Shown: positions 59,664 to 64,000 of the stretch, piece by piece
Position numbering within the stretch: position 1 is the first letter of the stretch
How the letters are laid out: every line of letters begins with the position of its first letter
NCBI GenBank assembly: GCA_963667285.1
Contig: OY763326.1
Coordinates: 1,490,233 to 1,554,232, forward strand
Source of the DNA: Alphaproteobacteria bacterium
GTDB taxonomy: Bacteria; Pseudomonadota; Alphaproteobacteria; MPNO01
Length of the DNA stretch: 64,000 nt
Direction of reading: 5' to 3'
Notes under the pieces: generated by a model
Databases searched by the model: none
The model's input: only the letters and a program-made list of their open reading frames with translations
Told to the model about the DNA's origin: nothing
Position numbers and translations under genes: made by a program

Positions 59664-60362
59664 TTACGGCGCCATCGTCCTGACATTCGAGCGCAGCGCG
59701 CGGTGGTCGACCACCCCCTGGACGCCGGCGATCTCCTCGGCCAGCACCTTCGAGGCGGCGCGCTCGGATTCCGAGCCGACCACCCCCCAGAACTCCACCG
59801 TGCCCTGCTTCACCGTCACGCTGGTGGTGCCGTAGCTCGCCCAGGGCTGTTCCGACAGCGCCCTGTCGACCGCCCGGCGGATCGCCTCGTCGTCCGCGTC
59901 GCTGTCCATCGACACGGTTCCTGCCGAAGCGATCTGGCGGATGATGTTGGCGCGGCTGATCAGCCCGACCACCCTGCCGTCGACGACGATCGGCACCCGC
60001 TTGATGTGGTTGCGTTCCAGCGTCTCCGCGACCTCCGACAGCGACGCCTCGGGGCCGAGCGAGATGACCGGAGCGGTCATCACGTCGCGCGCCGTCTTGC
60101 CATGCGCCTTGGTGAAGTCCTCGGCGAGGTCGGACGGATCGCGCCACAAATTGAGCCACCACGAACCGGAGGATTTTTCGGTGCCGATCTCCGGGCGGCG
60201 CAACAGATCCCCCTCGCTCACGATGCCGAGCAGCGCGCCGTCCTCCTCGACCACGGGGACCGCGCTGATGTGGTGGTCGGTGAGCTTCTGCGCGATCGCC
60301 GCGACCGGCTCGTCCGGCCCGACCGTCACGACGCGGCTGGTCATGATGTCCTTCGCTCTCAT
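59664..60362 (-). CDS. CBS-pair plus BON domain protein
   Basis: 232 aa. Two CBS motifs are present (IMTSRVVTVGPDEPV...HHISAVPVV and VMTAPVISLGPEASL...HIKRVPIV). A C-terminal BON-like segment (VTVKQGTVEFWGVVGSESERAASKVLAEEIAGVQGVVD) follows. Confidence 0.8.
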   Translation of the reverse strand: MRAKDIMTSRVVTVGPDEPVAAIAQKLTDHHISAVPVVEEDGALLGIVSEGDLLRRPEIGTEKSSGSWWLNLWRDPSDLAEDFTKAHGKTARDVMTAPVISLGPEASLSEVAETLERNHIKRVPIVVDGRVVGLISRANIIRQIASAGTVSMDSDADDEAIRRAVDRALSEQPWASYGTTSVTVKQGTVEFWGVVGSESERAASKVLAEEIAGVQGVVDHRALRSNVRTMAP

Positions 60363-60477
60363 CGCCTCGCTCCCCTCCCTCGCGGATCCGCCGCTCGATC
60401 CTCGCCGCCGCGCCCGGCCGTCGCATTGACCTGGATCAAGCGGGCGTGTTGTGGTCCGGGGCAGTATCGGAAGCGGG

Positions 60478-61938
60478 ATGACGCAGCCGACCGAGATCTT
60501 CTTCCTGACCGCCCGGGAGCACGCGCGGCGCCCGGCGGTCGCGGTGCGGCCCGACGCGCCGCTGCGCGAGGTCGTCGGCCGCATGGCGACGGAGAAGGCG
60601 TCCGCCGTCGTCGCGGTCGACGGCGACGGAAGGCCGGCCGGGATCGTCACCGAACGCGACATCGTGCGCCGCGCGACCTTCGCCGCCCCGCCCGACCAGC
60701 CGGTGCGCGACCTGATGTCGGTCCCGGTGCGCTGCATCCGCGAGGACGAGCACCTGTTCATCGCCATCGCCCGGATGCGCCGGCTCGGCCACCGCCACAT
60801 GCCGGTGATCGACGGCGAAGGACGGCTCGCCGGCATGCTCGACCTGCACGACGCGATGGGCCGCGCGGCGCGCGACATGGCGGTCATGATCGACGACCTG
60901 ACACGCGACGACAGCGACGACGGGCTGCGCGAGATCAAGGCCGCCCAGGTCCGGGTCGCCGATACCCTGTTCGCCGCCAATGTCGCCGTCGGCGACATCC
61001 AGGCGACGCTGAGCCACGTCAACAACGACATCTATGCCCGCCTGCTGGAGCGCAACCTCGCGGCGATGGCGGGCGAGGGGCTGGGGTCTCCGCCGGCGCC
61101 GTTCGCGATGATCATCATGGGCTCCGGCGGGCGCCACGAGAACTTCCTGACCCCCGACCAGGATTACGGCTTCGTCATCGAGGACGGCGCCGATGCGCCC
61201 GACGAGCGGGAAGACGGCTGGTTCGCCGCGCTCGCCGAGCGCCTGTCGCGCGACCTCGACGCGGTCGGGCTGCCCTATTGCGACGGCGGGGTGATGGCGA
61301 CCAACCGGCAATGGCGCAAGACGCTCGCCGGGTGGCGGGAGCAGGTCGACACGTGGTGCCGCCGGGCGCGCATCGACCCGCTGCTCGACTTCGACATCTT
61401 CTTCGACTTCCGCCTGGGCTGGGGCGATGCCCGGCTTGCCGCGGCGCTGAGGGAGCACGTCACCCGGCGGACCGCCGGCAACGAAGCGTTCCTGCGCGAG
61501 CTCCACGCCACCAGCCGGGACCACGGCACCGCGCTCGCCTGGTTCGGGCGCTTCGCCACCGAGCGCTCCGATCCCGCCCGTCGCGGCCAGGTGAACCTGA
61601 AGATGCACGGCACCCTGCCGCTGGTCGCCGCGGCGCGGCTGTTCGCGCTGCGCGACGGGGTGGCGGAGACCGGCACGCGCGAACGCCTCGCCGCCTGCCA
61701 CGCGGCAGGCGTCCTGAGCGACGCCGAGCACGACGATCTCAACGCCGCCCGGCAGACCATCTGCCGCCTGCTGCTCGGCCGCCAGCTGGTCGATTTCAGC
61801 GCCGGCGCGGCGGTCTCCAATTTCATCGACCCCGCCGCGCTCACCCCGCGGCGGAAGCGCGAGCTGCGCGAGGCGCTACGCGCCGTCGAGCGCCTGCGCA
61901 AGCGCATGGCGGTCGAGTTCGGCGGCGAGGCGATCTGA
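60478..61938 (+). CDS. CBS-domain protein with DUF294-type putative nucleotidyltransferase and DUF294_C substrate-binding domains
   Basis: CBS pair at the N-terminus. The nucleotidyltransferase core is [21 protein letters not shown]. The C-terminal helical domain carries [21 protein letters not shown] at 60478 is preferred over GTG at 60451. Confidence 0.78.
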   Translation: MTQPTEIFFLTAREHARRPAVAVRPDAPLREVVGRMATEKASAVVAVDGDGRPAGIVTERDIVRRATFAAPPDQPVRDLMSVPVRCIREDEHLFIAIARMRRLGHRHMPVIDGEGRLAGMLDLHDAMGRAARDMAVMIDDLTRDDSDDGLREIKAAQVRVADTLFAANVAVGDIQATLSHVNNDIYARLLERNLAAMAGEGLGSPPAPFAMIIMGSGGRHENFLTPDQDYGFVIEDGADAPDEREDGWFAALAERLSRDLDAVGLPYCDGGVMATNRQWRKTLAGWREQVDTWCRRARIDPLLDFDIFFDFRLGWGDARLAAALREHVTRRTAGNEAFLRELHATSRDHGTALAWFGRFATERSDPARRGQVNLKMHGTLPLVAAARLFALRDGVAETGTRERLAACHAAGVLSDAEHDDLNAARQTICRLLLGRQLVDFSAGAAVSNFIDPAALTPRRKRELREALRAVERLRKRMAVEFGGEAI

Positions 61939-61946
61939 GCCGGGGT

Positions 61947-62870
61947 TCAGTATTTGAGGTCGAGACCGCGCCGGCGGCGGATCCGCGCCGAGGCCTGGAG
62001 CACCTGGCCCAGCGTGGCGATGCCGCGCGCTTCGAGCCTGGGCAGCATCTTGCAGAACACCCGGGCGGTGGCGATCGAGTCGCCGAGCGCGGTATGGCGG
62101 CCTTCGACCGCGACGCCGAGCCGCTCGGCGATCGCATCGAGCGAGTGGTTCCGCGACAGCGGGTCGAGAAAGACCGAGATCAGCAGCGTGTCCAGCACGA
62201 CGTTGGCGAATTCGATCCCCGTCCCGGCCTCCTTGAGGCGGAGAAACGTCATGTCGAAATCGGCGTTGTGCGCGACCAGCACGGCGTCGCCGACATAGGC
62301 GCGGAACGCCGGCAGGACCTCGCCGATGGGCGGCTCGCCCGCCACCATGTCGTCGGTGATCCCGTGGAAGCGGATCGAGGCGCGCGGGATCGGCCGGCCC
62401 GGGTTGACCAGCCGGGAGAACGCATCCGCCTCCTCGACCGCGCCGTCGCGGCAGCGCACAGCCGCGATCGAGATGATCTCGTCGCCCTCCGACGGCCTGA
62501 GCCCGGTGGTCTCGGTATCGAACACCACGTAGCGCAGCGCCGCCAGCTTGCGCCCGTCGAGCTCGTCGCCGTGGAACGGTTGCTCGAAACCGCGCCCGCC
62601 GTGGAACTCGGGCCGGGCGGGCAGGCCGCGGCGGTCGTGAAGCCGGGCGAGGATCACCCGGTCGGTCAGCGCCCACAGCCCGGCCAGGACCGCGGCGAGC
62701 ACCGCCAGCGCGGCCCAGACGACGCCCACCGGCACGCCGGTCCCGCCGGCCGCCAGCGCCTCCGGCCAGACCAGCGCCGCGATCGCCAGAACCAGGACCG
62801 CGCCCGCCACCGCCGCGGCCCAAAGCAGGCCGATGGCGCTCCGGATGCCCATCTCGCGCAGGAACCGCAT
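61947..62870 (-). CDS. membrane-anchored DEDDh 3'-5' exonuclease (DnaQ/PolC-exo-like)
   Basis: 307 aa. It has two N-terminal hydrophobic helices. The exonuclease motifs are VVFDTETTGL, VAHNADFDMTFL and HTALGDSIATARVF. Confidence 0.8.
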   Translation of the reverse strand: MRFLREMGIRSAIGLLWAAAVAGAVLVLAIAALVWPEALAAGGTGVPVGVVWAALAVLAAVLAGLWALTDRVILARLHDRRGLPARPEFHGGRGFEQPFHGDELDGRKLAALRYVVFDTETTGLRPSEGDEIISIAAVRCRDGAVEEADAFSRLVNPGRPIPRASIRFHGITDDMVAGEPPIGEVLPAFRAYVGDAVLVAHNADFDMTFLRLKEAGTGIEFANVVLDTLLISVFLDPLSRNHSLDAIAERLGVAVEGRHTALGDSIATARVFCKMLPRLEARGIATLGQVLQASARIRRRRGLDLKY

Positions 62871-62899
62871 GCCCGTCCCCCCGGCGGGGCGGCCGCGCG

Positions 62900-63694
62900 C
62901 TACACCGCGACCCGCGCCCGGATATGCGCCTGCGGGTGGTAGTCCTCGATCGCGATGTCCTCGGCGGTGAAGGCGAACAGGTCTCGCCGGTCGGGATTCA
63001 GGCGGAGCCGGGGCAGCGTGCCGGGCATGCGCGAGAGCTGCTCGTCGGCCTGGTCGAGGTGATCGAGATAGAGATGGGCGTCGCCCAAAGTGTGGACGAA
63101 CTCGCCCGGCTCGAGGTCGCAGACATGGGCGACGAGATGGGTCAGCAGCGCGTAGCTCGCGATGTTGAAGGGAACGCCCAGAAATATGTCGGCGCTGCGC
63201 TGGTAGAGCTGGCAGGAAAGCCTGCCCCCGGCGACGTGGAGCTGGAACAGGCAGTGGCAGGGCGGCAGCGCCATGGCGTCGAGTTCGCCGACATTCCACG
63301 CGCTCACCACCAGCCGGCGCGAGTCGGGGTCGCTCCGGATCTCGTCGACCACCCGGGCGATCTGGTCCACCGTCGCGCCGTCGGGCTTCGGCCAGGACCG
63401 CCATTGCCGCCCATAGACCGGCCCGAGCTCGCCGTCGGCGTCCGCCCACGCGTCCCAGATCGTGACCCCGTTGCGGTTGAGGTAGCCGATATTGGTGTCG
63501 CCCGCGAGGAACCAGAGGAGTTCGTGGACGATCGAGGGGCGGTGCAGCCGCTTGGTGGTGAGCAGGGGAAATCCGTCCGCCAGGTCGAAGCGCATCTGGT
63601 AGCCGAAGACGCCCAAGGTCCCGGTGCCGGTGCGGTCGCCGCGCACCGCGCCATGGTCGCGGACATGGCGCATCAGATCGAGATATTGCCGCAT
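62900..63694 (-). CDS. thyA: thymidylate synthase (ThyA)
   Basis: 264 aa. [27 protein letters not shown], the nucleophile Cys, and the C-terminal AV are present. Confidence 0.96.
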   Translation of the reverse strand: MRQYLDLMRHVRDHGAVRGDRTGTGTLGVFGYQMRFDLADGFPLLTTKRLHRPSIVHELLWFLAGDTNIGYLNRNGVTIWDAWADADGELGPVYGRQWRSWPKPDGATVDQIARVVDEIRSDPDSRRLVVSAWNVGELDAMALPPCHCLFQLHVAGGRLSCQLYQRSADIFLGVPFNIASYALLTHLVAHVCDLEPGEFVHTLGDAHLYLDHLDQADEQLSRMPGTLPRLRLNPDRRDLFAFTAEDIAIEDYHPQAHIRARVAV

Positions 63695-63726
63695 TCCACC
63701 CCCCGTATCCCGACCCCGCATCCGCC

Positions 63727-63754
63727 TTGAATTGGCCGCGAACCGCCCTATATT
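63727..63754 (+). promoter_or_regulatory. sigma70-like promoter candidate for ssrA
   Basis: TTGAAT (63727-63732), a 16-nt spacer, then TATATT (63749-63754). It lies just upstream of the tmRNA acceptor piece. Confidence 0.35.
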
Positions 63755-63760
63755 GTCAAT

Positions 63761-64000
63761 GCCGGTCAGCCGGCTATGGCGATAAACGGCTTGTGCAATA
63801 AGCGAAGCGGACCCGGGGGCAGTACCCGGCGCCTCCACCAAACCTCTTTCCCGCCGCCTCGGCGCGGGCTTCATGGGGGCGAAACAGGATCGACGCGCGT
63901 GTAAAGACTTGCTTTTCGCCCGGCATGGTACCGCCGTTATCGGGCCGATCCGATAGATGCCAACGACAACGATTTGGCACTCGCTGCCTAGCCTGGCTGG
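63761..64000 (+). ncRNA. ssrA: two-piece (circularly permuted) tmRNA gene, truncated by the window end
   Basis: The acceptor piece ends ...CCGGGGGCAGTACCCGGCGCCTCCACCA at 63839. The coding piece begins GGGGGCGAAACAGGATCGACG at about 63874. Its first 7 nt pair with CGCCTCC to form an acceptor stem with the G3:U alanine identity pair. The tag ORF GCC AAC GAC AAC GAT TTG GCA CTC GCT GCC TAG (63959-63991) encodes [10 protein letters not shown]. Confidence 0.82.

Overview
High-GC (roughly 65-70% by eye, not computed) chromosomal segment with alphaproteobacterial hallmarks: a two-piece permuted tmRNA and the conserved hemE | DUF299-maf-aroE-coaE-dnaQ origin neighbourhood. Most of the window is housekeeping. 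This includes acnA, htpG, fdxA, carD, pip, rho, hemJ-hemH-hemE, secB, fxsA, a Tim44-like gene, mltA, lutABC, smr, hslVU, hisBHAFE, thyA and ssrA. There are two catabolic blocks. One at 12.9-22.5 kb carries hydantoinase A/B, dehydrogenases, a lone molybdo-hydroxylase large subunit, dienelactone hydrolase and qor. The other at 44-55.7 kb is an aromatic/gentisate-type block with a gentisate-dioxygenase-like cupin, a second molybdo-hydroxylase large subunit, a VanA-like Rieske oxygenase, a TAXI-TRAP transporter, a DLH-SnoaL fusion and a NagGH-like Rieske alpha/beta pair. The accessory patch at 55.6-59.7 kb is the most interesting part. It holds a 272-bp palindromic MITE-like element and a complete IS4-family element with a 10-bp target duplication and a frameshifted transposase. 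It also holds a lower-GC two-gene cassette (HipA-like kinase translationally coupled to a DUF3037-like protein). That cassette is bracketed by 56-bp direct repeats plus a decayed duplicate of the neighbouring gene's 3' end, and I consider it a candidate uncharacterised toxin-antitoxin or defence module. Other notable points are a probable chromosomal replication origin in the hemE/DUF299 intergenic region, an apparent frameshift in coaE, and a C13 homopolymer. No rRNA, tRNA or CRISPR array was seen. Many long ORFs in the track are GC-rich antisense shadows and are not reported.
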